From: a virus
Taxonomy: Duplodnaviria; Caudoviricetes
Strand: one strand, 5' to 3'
IMG/VR virus record: IMGVR_UViG_3300008255_000209
Span: 1 to 42,694 of that record
Length of the DNA stretch: 42,694 nt
The stretch's first letter is position 1, and the number at the start of each line of letters is the position of its first letter. A program made the translations under genes and the position numbers. Under the pieces are notes generated by a model. It was not told where the DNA came from, searched no databases, and saw nothing but the letters and a program-made list of their open reading frames with translations. Of the stretch, positions 1 through 7,422 are shown piece by piece.

Positions 1-377
1 AGCTTTGCTTTGTACTCTTCTAAGAATGTAGAGTACCCAATGTGTTCCAGTGCCACCCTTCTTTGCTCCACATCCTCGATCCCCATGACCTCTTTAGCTG
101 AGAGTTCTTTGTTTTTCAATCGGGTCAGTTTGTCAAGAGTCCAGGCTTTAAAATAAACATTCTTGAAGCCACATACGACACTATATTTTGAGAAAGCTTC
201 TTTGAGGAGTGGTAGGGGCAGAATATCACAAAAGAAACTCCCACCCACCTCCTTCGGCGCACCCTCTAATGTGGTAAGGGAGTTGTTGGCGCAGGTGAGG
301 GAGTTGTTGTGGTAGTAGGAATCCCCCCCCACCTTTTCCCCCCTCTTGTCTCCGTATTCTTCGGTGAATGTTGGCAT
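1..377 (-). CDS. Protein with degenerate LRR-like repeat and DUF6745-like segment (runs off the left edge)
   Basis: Manual translation from ATG at 377: MPTFTEEYGDKRGEKVGGDSYYHNNSLTCANNSLTTLEGAPKEVGGSFFC...EVMGIEDVEQRRVALEHIGYSTFL; no stop before position 1; not in the ORF track. Confidence 0.8.
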   Translation of the reverse strand, partial: MPTFTEEYGDKRGEKVGGDSYYHNNSLTCANNSLTTLEGAPKEVGGSFFCDILPLPLLKEAFSKYSVVCGFKNVYFKAWTLDKLTRLKNKELSAKEVMGIEDVEQRRVALEHIGYSTFLEEYKAK

Positions 378-381
378 GAGA

Positions 382-750
382 TTAGTCTGTAACGATTTGA
401 TAGCCTTGAGGTAGGTATTCTCGTTGTCTTCCTACGTGATACAGCCCTGGCTCAAGCACAATAGGCTCATGTTCTGTTGTCCATTCTTTTGTTTGGGTGT
501 GAACATGGCGCAGCTCTGTCTGCTGGTTCACCTTAAGGATGCTTATGGTGGTGTCTTCTTCGTCGGCAGGCTCGTACACTTTTATATCACCACTCACGCA
601 ATGCACATGATGAGTGGCTTCACTATGCAGAAAAATAGTCCCAACGCCTTCCACCCGCTCCATTTTTTTTATTGTCGGAGTGAAAGGAAAATAATCAGGT
701 AGCCGGATGAGCATACAGTCACCTTGCCTGAGTGTTTGGAGTGTTTCCAT
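382..750 (-). CDS. Conserved His-rich protein (RQGD...EATHH.H...EH...RQREY family), usual neighbour of DUF6745-like genes
   Basis: Motifs RQGD, HSEATHHVH, EHEPIVLEPGLY, RQREY. Confidence 0.75.
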   Translation of the reverse strand: METLQTLRQGDCMLIRLPDYFPFTPTIKKMERVEGVGTIFLHSEATHHVHCVSGDIKVYEPADEEDTTISILKVNQQTELRHVHTQTKEWTTEHEPIVLEPGLYHVGRQREYLPQGYQIVTD

Positions 751-785
751 AAAGAGAAAAATAAAGAATAAGAAGGAGTATCTCT

Positions 786-814
786 AGCTTACTCCCTCCG
801 CCAAGTAAAGTCAA
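786..814 (-). promoter_or_regulatory. Sigma70-type early promoter P1
   Basis: TTGACT-17 bp-TAAGCT on minus strand; -35 is straddled by a perfect 9-bp inverted repeat (803-811/817-825). Confidence 0.8.
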
Positions 815-977
815 GTACTTTACTTAAGATAAGTATCTCGCGCACCCCTCCACCCATGACTCTTTTAGGGTTGGAACTGAATCGGAAGGGGTGTGGGCCG
901 GAGGGGAATCTATCCCCTATTTTTACACTTCTCCGCCAGCTCGGAGTCGAGCAACCTGTATAAAGAGTATTCAGGAA

Positions 978-1127
978 TCAGTGTTTACCGGGTTGATAAT
1001 AATGCCTCTTCCACCACTTTCCCCATGTAGAGCAACCTCCTTCTGAGTCCTTTGCTCCTTTAAGTGCTCCGCACCTTACGCATGTTCTTTTCTCCTCGGT
1101 CAAAGCGGTCAGTTTTGTGGGGGGCAT
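978..1127 (-). CDS. Small putative zinc-binding protein (49 aa)
   Basis: Manual translation MPPTKLTALTEEKRTCVRCGALKGAKDSEGGCSTWGKWWKRHYYQPGKH; CxxC...C...H; U-rich leader. Confidence 0.6.
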   Translation of the reverse strand: MPPTKLTALTEEKRTCVRCGALKGAKDSEGGCSTWGKWWKRHYYQPGKH

Positions 1128-1213
1128 ATAAAAAGTTTAGAAATTATTGCTTCAATCACGCCATTGATATAATCGCAGCCCCCCCACCCCGCTAAATAAT
1201 GAAGCATGTTTCA

Positions 1214-1492
1214 TTATATTTTATTTTCTATGATCAAATCATACGTTTTAATGAAAATTTCATCTTTAACAGGATATGTCTCCCCACAAATTCCTTTAAC
1301 TATCCAGTCGCCTTTTTGTGCTGTCATTTTACCTTCGGGAGTTGTAATCTCCACATATTTTACCTCTTCTTCCGAATACACAATCACAATGGGTGTTTTT
1401 TTTGTAGACCATGACAATATTTCTTTAAGGTCGTCTTTATCGTTGCTCAAACGTATGGCCTCTACTCGTATTGCTCGTTTTTGTACTTTCAT
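1214..1492 (-). CDS. Widespread small phage protein (T.EG.M.A..GDWI.KG..GE.YP.K..IF..TY family)
   Basis: ITTPEGKMTAQKGDWIVKGICGETYPVKDEIFIKTYD. Confidence 0.8.
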   Translation of the reverse strand: MKVQKRAIRVEAIRLSNDKDDLKEILSWSTKKTPIVIVYSEEEVKYVEITTPEGKMTAQKGDWIVKGICGETYPVKDEIFIKTYDLIIENKI

Positions 1493-1513
1493 AGATTAAA
1501 ATTAAAAAATAAA

Positions 1514-1876
1514 TTACTTCATTAAATCTTCCAAAGTCTCTATCGCCTCATCCACACCCCTGCATACAAAAGCCAATACTCCGGCCCCCTGAATCGCGTC
1601 GATCCATTCCTGCTGTTCTTCCGACACCCTACCCCCTTTCTTCCTTTTCATTTCAAGGAATAAAAGGAGTGGTCTTTTGGTTTGGGTTTTGTGTTGAGGG
1701 ATGATAATTAAATAATCCAAAACCCCCTTCCTAACCCCCATTGCCTTGTTCTTCGCCTTCTGCGCCCACGACTTTGTATAGGTCTCCTGTGCCAAATGGC
1801 TGAACCTAAACCCTTGGTAGTCCATCCACTCAACCAGTGTCTTGCAGTCGTCTGATTCGTGAGGAGTGATGTTCAT
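1514..1876 (-). CDS. VRR-NUC domain nuclease (putative resolvase)
   Basis: GVRKGVLDYL...FLEMKRKKGGRVSEEQQEWI PD-(D/E)XK/VRR-NUC signature. Confidence 0.88.
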   Translation of the reverse strand: MNITPHESDDCKTLVEWMDYQGFRFSHLAQETYTKSWAQKAKNKAMGVRKGVLDYLIIIPQHKTQTKRPLLLFLEMKRKKGGRVSEEQQEWIDAIQGAGVLAFVCRGVDEAIETLEDLMK

Positions 1877-1879
1877 AGT

Positions 1880-2056
1880 TCAAGAGATTGGCTTCCAATA
1901 GAAAGGTTCAGGATCACCATACTTTAGTTTTTTTCGGGTGTCAGGGTCATCAATAGAAGTACAGCCTATCAACTCGAACTTAAAAATATCGTTATAGGTG
2001 TATGGCTCACCGGAGAGCTGAATTGCCTCGATAATGAATTGTCTTTTTTTAGCCAT
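1880..2056 (-). CDS. Hypothetical protein (58 aa)
   Basis: ATG at 2056 after U-rich leader; N-terminus MAKKRQFIIEAIQLS resembles MKVQKRAIRVEAIRLS of 1214..1492. Confidence 0.55.
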   Translation of the reverse strand: MAKKRQFIIEAIQLSGEPYTYNDIFKFELIGCTSIDDPDTRKKLKYGDPEPFYWKPIS

Positions 2057-2323
2057 AAAACATTTTATTCTAAAGGGGTAACACTCAGCCACGCCAGCAG
2101 ACCAAAAGTAACGACCATGGCAAGAAAAGAAAGAAATGAAATCATAATCCTGATTATGTGAGTAATGAAACCATATTGTTGCAATAGAAATATAAAAGAA
2201 TAAGAACACGCCTTGTTTTTTGAGGGATTTTTATATATGTTATAAGGGTAAAGAATAAGACACTTTTACTCCTGGACTTACCGATCCCCCCCGAGACCGT
2301 CTGTTTCGGGAACCTTTAAAGGT

Positions 2324-2872
2324 CTAAAGTCTGGTTGAAAGAATATCTTCAGCGTAAATTCTCACTCCATCCACTTCCTTCTCAGCCTGAATGATTTTTG
2401 CCATCAAGTTGACCTTACTTTGATCAACAATAAAAAGATCGGGATTTGCCCTGAAGGCCTTCGCCCTATCCACCACCTCCCCCTTCCAGACCTTTTTAAG
2501 TGAAGTTAAGCCTTTTTCTGTTCTGGTACTTCTTTCAGGAGCAGGAAGAGGAACATCAGAGAGAGCATTTTGTTTTTTAGCTGCTTCCTCTTCTTCTTTT
2601 TTATACGCCAGCATTCCCTGGTCGAGCGTTCTCAGTAAATCAGCCAGCGGGTCAAGATAGGTTTTAAAAAGGGTATTCACCTCTCTTTGTTTTTGAAGAT
2701 AAGGCCTTGTCATTAAAGTCCTCGCTTCATCCAGTTTTTTTATACGCTCCTTAATGACCCCTCTTAGGCTCGCCCCTTCGACATACTGAATTTCAGTAGT
2801 AATAAAGAGGGAAGACACTTTTTCGGCCAGAAGAGTATTTCCTTCCTCTATTTTTTTTACATCAAGGGCCAT
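2324..2872 (-). CDS. Coiled-coil phage protein (Gp157/Gam-like, recombination module)
   Basis: Long helical N-terminus, VDGVRIY C-terminal motif, adjacent to nuclease and SSB-like genes. Confidence 0.55.
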   Translation of the reverse strand: MALDVKKIEEGNTLLAEKVSSLFITTEIQYVEGASLRGVIKERIKKLDEARTLMTRPYLQKQREVNTLFKTYLDPLADLLRTLDQGMLAYKKEEEEAAKKQNALSDVPLPAPERSTRTEKGLTSLKKVWKGEVVDRAKAFRANPDLFIVDQSKVNLMAKIIQAEKEVDGVRIYAEDILSTRL

Positions 2873-2881
2873 AAAAAAAGA

Positions 2882-3553
2882 TTAGGTAACTTGAGAAATG
2901 ATCTTGTAACAGACTTCATCATCAAAATAAAAACCATCTATGTCTCCCATACTTATCCCTGTCCTGAGTGAAAGCAGCCACATATACCGCCAAACTTGCG
3001 ACGCGGCCTTTGTTTCTTTTGAGGCTCCCGGCTTAAAATCAAGCACCTGAACTCTTCCATTCGGCATATACCGGATAAGATCAATATGGCCATGAAGGAG
3101 GCTTTCACCCCCTAGTCCATCCTTAAAATCCTCTATCACAGACCAGACGGGAATTTCAGAAGCAATCGTGAAGGGGCAAGAGGAGTGAAGATGGTCCTGC
3201 ACCCTCGTATGTTGTTTTTTCCCCAAACCATGATACATCGCCGCTGAAGCAAGGCCCGTTAGATCAGACTCAACACACTCTTTTTCAATCATTATTTTTT
3301 TCTGCTGAGAAACAGACCCTTTCCCAGAAGGGTTAGGGGTCCCGTACCTCATCAGCATGGAAAAATACTCGTTTAATCTTTTCAGGTTTTTTTTGCCCTC
3401 TGCTTCGGGTATGGGCTCATAGATGGAAACCCTGCACCTGAAGGGATAGACCATTATAAACCCATTCCCACGATCAATATGAAACTCCCTTCCGAGAAGA
3501 GGGACAGCATTAAGCATTGATTGAGTCGTTAAAATTTTCCCAGGGATCTCCAC
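2882..3553 (-). CDS. PD-(D/E)XK (RecB/Cas4-like) nuclease
   Basis: E.PVW, GHIDLI, VLDFKP, QVWRY motifs; no Cas4 Fe-S cysteine cluster evident. Confidence 0.85.
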   Translation of the reverse strand: MEIPGKILTTQSMLNAVPLLGREFHIDRGNGFIMVYPFRCRVSIYEPIPEAEGKKNLKRLNEYFSMLMRYGTPNPSGKGSVSQQKKIMIEKECVESDLTGLASAAMYHGLGKKQHTRVQDHLHSSCPFTIASEIPVWSVIEDFKDGLGGESLLHGHIDLIRYMPNGRVQVLDFKPGASKETKAASQVWRYMWLLSLRTGISMGDIDGFYFDDEVCYKIISQVT

Positions 3554-4412
3554 CTTTTGGTTCTACTGAGTCAAGCCCTGGCAAGTCCGAGACATCAAGA
3601 AACTCTTCCCCCCCCTCGTCCTGTCCTTCCCTATCCTCAATTATAGGCTGTCCTGAAGCTAACGCCCCCCCATACTTTTTCTTTTCAAATTCTGAAAGGG
3701 TATGGCAAAGAAGATTAAAATTTTCAAGACTCTTTTTCACTTTTTTATTTGCTCCCGACTCCCGAAACTCAAAAGTAAAAAACTTCACGGTATTATTGCC
3801 TATTTTTGCTTCTTTAGGGACAGATATGGCAATCACTTCGGAGTTAATGGGATGAACCTGACGTTTCCAAAAGGAGGACATCAGCCATTCCAGAGAAAAC
3901 TCAACAGGAGGTCCATACGACCCGTCTTTTTTCTTATTGTCCCCCTGGACACACGATTTGGGAAGATTGATCCGATATATTTCACCGTTCATCTCCACGT
4001 ACAGGATATGCTTAAGTTCGAGTAAGTGTCTTCCCTTGCCATACGGCCAGTTTTGCATAAAGAAGGGTTTTATTTCTTCTTTGTAAAGCCCCGTTTTGAT
4101 TACTTTCCCTTCTGTCATCACATGAAGAGGCTGATCCCAACTTTCAAACTCATTGGTATTCACAGCTACCCTATTGGTTGTCTGGTCAAAGTAGAGAAAC
4201 TGCATTCTTTTTTTCAGGATAACCATATTGATTTGGTTGGCCTTGGTATCTTTCTCGTGTTTTTCCCACTTACCATCTTCATTTTTCTCTTTGGTTATCG
4301 TGACAATTGTTCCTGTTTCCTGAGAGATTTTAAGTGCAGGGTAGACGGGGTATTCGATGGTGTTTTTGGCAAATGTTTTATTCAGATCATCGAGTGAAAA
4401 TGTATTGTTCAT
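3510..4412 (-). CDS. Putative ssDNA-binding/annealing protein
   Basis: Beta-rich core, acidic tail (EDREGQDEGGEEFLDVSDLP), directly upstream of the nuclease; family not recognised. Confidence 0.45.
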   Translation of the reverse strand: MNNTFSLDDLNKTFAKNTIEYPVYPALKISQETGTIVTITKEKNEDGKWEKHEKDTKANQINMVILKKRMQFLYFDQTTNRVAVNTNEFESWDQPLHVMTEGKVIKTGLYKEEIKPFFMQNWPYGKGRHLLELKHILYVEMNGEIYRINLPKSCVQGDNKKKDGSYGPPVEFSLEWLMSSFWKRQVHPINSEVIAISVPKEAKIGNNTVKFFTFEFRESGANKKVKKSLENFNLLCHTLSEFEKKKYGGALASGQPIIEDREGQDEGGEEFLDVSDLPGLDSVEPKGGDPWENFNDSINA

Positions 4413-4513
4413 ATGGTAATATTATATATAAATTATTCCTTATAAAGAGGTGCTTCTTTTTTTTTCTTCGACCAGAGAAAAATAAAAAACCAAAAAACCA
4501 AAAACGCTCTTTA

Positions 4514-4699
4514 TCATTCTGTATTTCTTTTTCTTGTTTCCTCTTCTGTTTCTAAAATCTCTGCTCCGATCTTTACCATTTCTCTAATGGTTTGAGCGAA
4601 AGACCAGCCTCTTTCTTTGGAAAGAACCCACGCTTTATCCACATCATTACTGAAGAGATAGCAGCCGACAGGAGTTTTCAAAAGACTCATAAAAAACAT
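4514..4699 (-). CDS. Small ribbon-helix-helix-like regulator
   Basis: Short strand then two helices (…SKERGWSFAQTIREMVKIG); first gene after promoter P2. Confidence 0.55.
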   Translation of the reverse strand: MFFMSLLKTPVGCYLFSNDVDKAWVLSKERGWSFAQTIREMVKIGAEILETEEETRKRNTE

Positions 4700-4711
4700 A
4701 AAAGCTTTTTC

Positions 4712-4740
4712 AGCTTAGTCTTTCCATTAAGTGAAGTCAA
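4712..4740 (-). promoter_or_regulatory. Sigma70-type early promoter P2
   Basis: TTGACT-17 bp-TAAGCT. Confidence 0.8.
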
Positions 4741-4768
4741 GTATTGTTACCTTTACCACCCTGGTCTT

Positions 4769-4981
4769 TTATGGTGTCACGCACTCCTTCCTGATAACCC
4801 CTACCCCTAAGAATCCTCTAGGGCTGGTTTTAATTTCAAACTCCACGGAATCCCCTTTCGCTATTTCATGAAACGGCCCGACACAGCCTGAAGCATGAAA
4901 GAAAACATCGCTTTGAGTTTCCGGAGACCTGATGAATCCATATCCTTTATCGCTGACGTTGGTGACGATGCCTGAGACCAT
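4769..4981 (-). CDS. Cold-shock domain protein
   Basis: RNP1 KGYGFI, RNP2 DVFFH, 70 aa, GDSVEFEI. Confidence 0.93.
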   Translation of the reverse strand: MVSGIVTNVSDKGYGFIRSPETQSDVFFHASGCVGPFHEIAKGDSVEFEIKTSPRGFLGVGVIRKECVTP

Positions 4982-5039
4982 TTCTAATTTTTAAAATCTT
5001 TTCTTCTCCAGGAAGAAAGTTAAAAGATGAAAAAAGAAA

Positions 5040-5084
5040 AAGCAAAAATAAAATAAAAAGACCACCCGTCACGAGATGGTCTTT
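5040..5084 (-). terminator. Intrinsic terminator
   Basis: Minus-strand hairpin AAAGACCATC...GGTGGTCTTT followed by a long U-rich tract, just after 5094..5432. Confidence 0.65.
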
Positions 5085-5093
5085 CCCTCTTTT

Positions 5094-5432
5094 TTACTCA
5101 CCATATTTCTGTTTCACAGTCGCCAACCAGCCATAGACGTTATCTCCGCCTGTATATCGATCAGCGAGAGCATAGTCGGGGAACCGCCCATAGTAGGTAG
5201 ACCAGATCCTAATACAGTCACGCTGGCTGTCTTCAGGCGAGGCATACGTCTTCCCCTCCCGATACCCTCGATCCCATGTCATAATATTATGAAAGTTGTT
5301 CTTGGCGACGGTCTGTTCTCCTCCCCTTGTCTCATGCCAGGCAATAGCGGTACAGAGCTTGTCGACATCCGTACCATCAGGAAGAGTGTTCTTATCAGCC
5401 GCCGTATCAGCGACTAAAGGGGCTTCCACCAC
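5094..5432 (-). CDS. Lysozyme-superfamily (glucosaminidase/GH73-like) domain; probably expressed by frameshift from 5438..5713
   Basis: AIAWHET (helix-end catalytic Glu), KNNFHNI, Y.S.EDS, RYTG pattern; weak GTG start. Confidence 0.6.
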   Translation of the reverse strand: MVEAPLVADTAADKNTLPDGTDVDKLCTAIAWHETRGGEQTVAKNNFHNIMTWDRGYREGKTYASPEDSQRDCIRIWSTYYGRFPDYALADRYTGGDNVYGWLATVKQKYGE

Positions 5433-5437
5433 TCCCC

Positions 5438-5713
5438 CTAAAAATCCAGCTTCATATTGTTCTCGTGAAGCTCAGCTTTCACATAGTCCACCTTCCCTAT
5501 CGACTCTCTCAGGCACTCACCCACGGAGTGCAGCACGTCGAAAGCTTCCTTATTAGAATGCTTCACCTCCCCTATCACATCTCTTTCCGCTCTAGCAGGC
5601 GAAAAGTTCAGAGCTAAAAACGAGATAAAGACCCCTAGTACGATCCCCAGCCCTACCAGAGTTATATTGATCTTCCTTTGCTTAACGTCCGATATGTATG
5701 TTTCTGTGCTCAT
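5438..5713 (-). CDS. Single-pass membrane protein
   Basis: Basic N-terminus then hydrophobic ITLVGLGIVLGVFISFLALNF; ends at G GAT TTT TAG. Confidence 0.75.
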   Translation of the reverse strand: MSTETYISDVKQRKINITLVGLGIVLGVFISFLALNFSPARAERDVIGEVKHSNKEAFDVLHSVGECLRESIGKVDYVKAELHENNMKLDF

Positions 5714-5768
5714 GTGTTTTTGTGAAAGAATAAAAAAGTGATTCCTAAAGAATTACAGAAATCTATCT

Positions 5769-5797
5769 AGCTTACTCTTATTGATGCTCAAAGTCAA
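5769..5797 (-). promoter_or_regulatory. Sigma70-type early promoter P3 (leftward half of a divergent pair)
   Basis: TTGACT-17 bp-TAAGCT. Confidence 0.8.
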
Positions 5798-5807
5798 CCT
5801 TTTGTTC

Positions 5808-5835
5808 TTGAATTTTCTTTCTGAGTGGGTAGAGT
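5808..5835 (+). promoter_or_regulatory. Candidate promoter of the replication operon
   Basis: TTGAAT-16 bp-TAGAGT, back-to-back with P3. Confidence 0.45.
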
Positions 5836-5843
5836 GGGAAAGT

Positions 5844-5941
5844 AATCCTTCACGAATGTGTAACTCCCTATCCACGCCGTCCGGCAACACTTCTACATCC
5901 CGTGAAGGATTTTTAGGTGCTCCGGACGGCTTGAATGGGGA
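5844..5941 (+). promoter_or_regulatory. Structured leader with two interleaved stems
   Basis: 5844-5854/5901-5911 (11 bp perfect) and 5876-5884/5922-5930 (9 bp perfect). Confidence 0.65.
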
Positions 5942-5951
5942 TTTCTAATTT

Positions 5952-6692
5952 ATGGCTTCAAAAACTACAAGGTTCAGAATCTTTGAAAGAGATTGTTTTA
6001 CTTGCCAATATTGTGGACAGAAACCGCCGGAAGTAATTCTTGAAGCTGATCATATTGTCAGCAAAAAGGACGGGGGGAGAGATGACGATATCAATCTCAT
6101 TACCGCTTGTTTTGCCTGTAACAGAGGGAAAGGGGCTAAAAGCCTCAGTATCGAGAAGATAAAAAATAAATCATTCGATAAAGAACTTTCACTTTTGAAA
6201 GAGAAGAAAGAGCAGCTCACTGCTTATTACGAGTTCCTAACAAAGAAAGACAAGCTTGAGGACTCTGAAATGGATATTTATCAAAGGTGCTGGCAGGAAG
6301 CGTCAGGAGGAAAACAAAACCTCACTGATACTGGGTTAAAAAACGTTAAAAGTCTCTCGAGGAGGTATCCGGCTGAGGACATTTTTAAAGCTATGAAAAT
6401 AACATGGTCTAAGGATTGGGCTGACGATGCGAAAGATCATTTTAAATATATGTGTGGTATTTTGAAAAACATGAAACTTGAGCGTGAAAACCCCGAAGAG
6501 CATGAGAGAAGAAAAAAGGCTTACTCAGTGAGGTTCACGGTACTCAATCACTGTTATCAGTACATAAACGAGAAAGTGTTTTGGAGGTGGGTTAATGACG
6601 GAATAGACCTCGACATCGTTGCTGAAAAGGCCATAGAGCTGAAAAAGTGGTCGCTCCTTTCAGACTATATTTCCTCAGAATTTTACGAATAA
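5952..6692 (+). CDS. HNH endonuclease with C-terminal helical domain
   Basis: RDCFTCQYCG...LEADHI...NLITACFACNRGK. Confidence 0.92.
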   Translation: MASKTTRFRIFERDCFTCQYCGQKPPEVILEADHIVSKKDGGRDDDINLITACFACNRGKGAKSLSIEKIKNKSFDKELSLLKEKKEQLTAYYEFLTKKDKLEDSEMDIYQRCWQEASGGKQNLTDTGLKNVKSLSRRYPAEDIFKAMKITWSKDWADDAKDHFKYMCGILKNMKLERENPEEHERRKKAYSVRFTVLNHCYQYINEKVFWRWVNDGIDLDIVAEKAIELKKWSLLSDYISSEFYE

Positions 6693-6694
6693 TT

Positions 6695-7414
6695 ATGGCT
6701 AAACAACGAATGATAGATACAAAGTTTTGGAGTGATCCGTACATTCAAGGTCTTTCCGTTTCGGAAAAACTTTTCTATGTCTATCTCATCACCAATTCCC
6801 ATACAGAAATTTGCGGTGTTTATGAGATTTCTCTTCAAACGATGGTCTTTGAAAGTGGTCTTTCTTTGAAAGAGGTGAAAGCGATTTTATCTCGACTGGA
6901 AAAAGACGAAAAAGTCTACCATCTCTTGGGACTTTACATTTACCTAAAAAACTTTCCTAAACACCAACAGAGGAACCCGAGCGTTGACGAAGGTATCAAA
7001 AGATCGTTAAATAATCTACCACCATCAATCACCGCAGCAATAAGCCACGCAGACAGTCTGTATACAGACTCCCCCCAGTCTGTTGTACTTAACCCTAACC
7101 TTAACCCTAACCTTAACCCTAACTTTAACCCTTCGGGGAGTGGCGGAGCACCGCCCCCGAAAAAAAAATACGGAGAATGCGTGGAGCTCTCAGAAGAAGA
7201 GCATCGTGCGCTAACTGAAAAGTTCGGCGTCCGCCGGGATGAGCGCATTGAGGCTCTTGATAATTACATCGGCTCCAAGGGCAAAAAATACAAAAGCCAC
7301 TACCATACTCTCCTCAGTTGGTGGAACAGAGACCACCCGCAAAATCTTGATAAACAACAACAAGGGGAAACCATGGAGGCGTATCTTGATCGAAGATGGC
7401 CTGGAGAATTTTAA
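6695..7414 (+). CDS. Phage replication initiator (replisome organizer-like)
   Basis: MAKQRMIDTKFWSD winged-helix-type N-terminus, repeat-containing linker, C-terminal KKYKSHYHTLLSW domain; start reassigned to ATG 6695. Confidence 0.8.
   Translation: MAKQRMIDTKFWSDPYIQGLSVSEKLFYVYLITNSHTEICGVYEISLQTMVFESGLSLKEVKAILSRLEKDEKVYHLLGLYIYLKNFPKHQQRNPSVDEGIKRSLNNLPPSITAAISHADSLYTDSPQSVVLNPNLNPNLNPNFNPSGSGGAPPPKKKYGECVELSEEEHRALTEKFGVRRDERIEALDNYIGSKGKKYKSHYHTLLSWWNRDHPQNLDKQQQGETMEAYLDRRWPGEF
7088..7132 (+). repeat. Hexamer tandem repeat (AACCCT/AACCTT) x7, candidate origin iterons
   Basis: aaccct aacctt aaccct aacctt aaccct aacttt aaccct inside the initiator gene. Confidence 0.8.
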
Positions 7415-7422
7415 CTATCACC

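Noticed and set aside
835-960. tRNA gene
   Set aside because: GCTCGACTCC resembles a T-arm, but no acceptor, D and anticodon arms could be built
2882-3553. Cas4 / CRISPR adaptation gene
   Set aside because: No four-Cys Fe-S pattern or cas context; fits a recombination nuclease
7091-7132. Eukaryotic telomere contamination
   Set aside because: Alternating imperfect hexamers lie in frame within an intact phage gene
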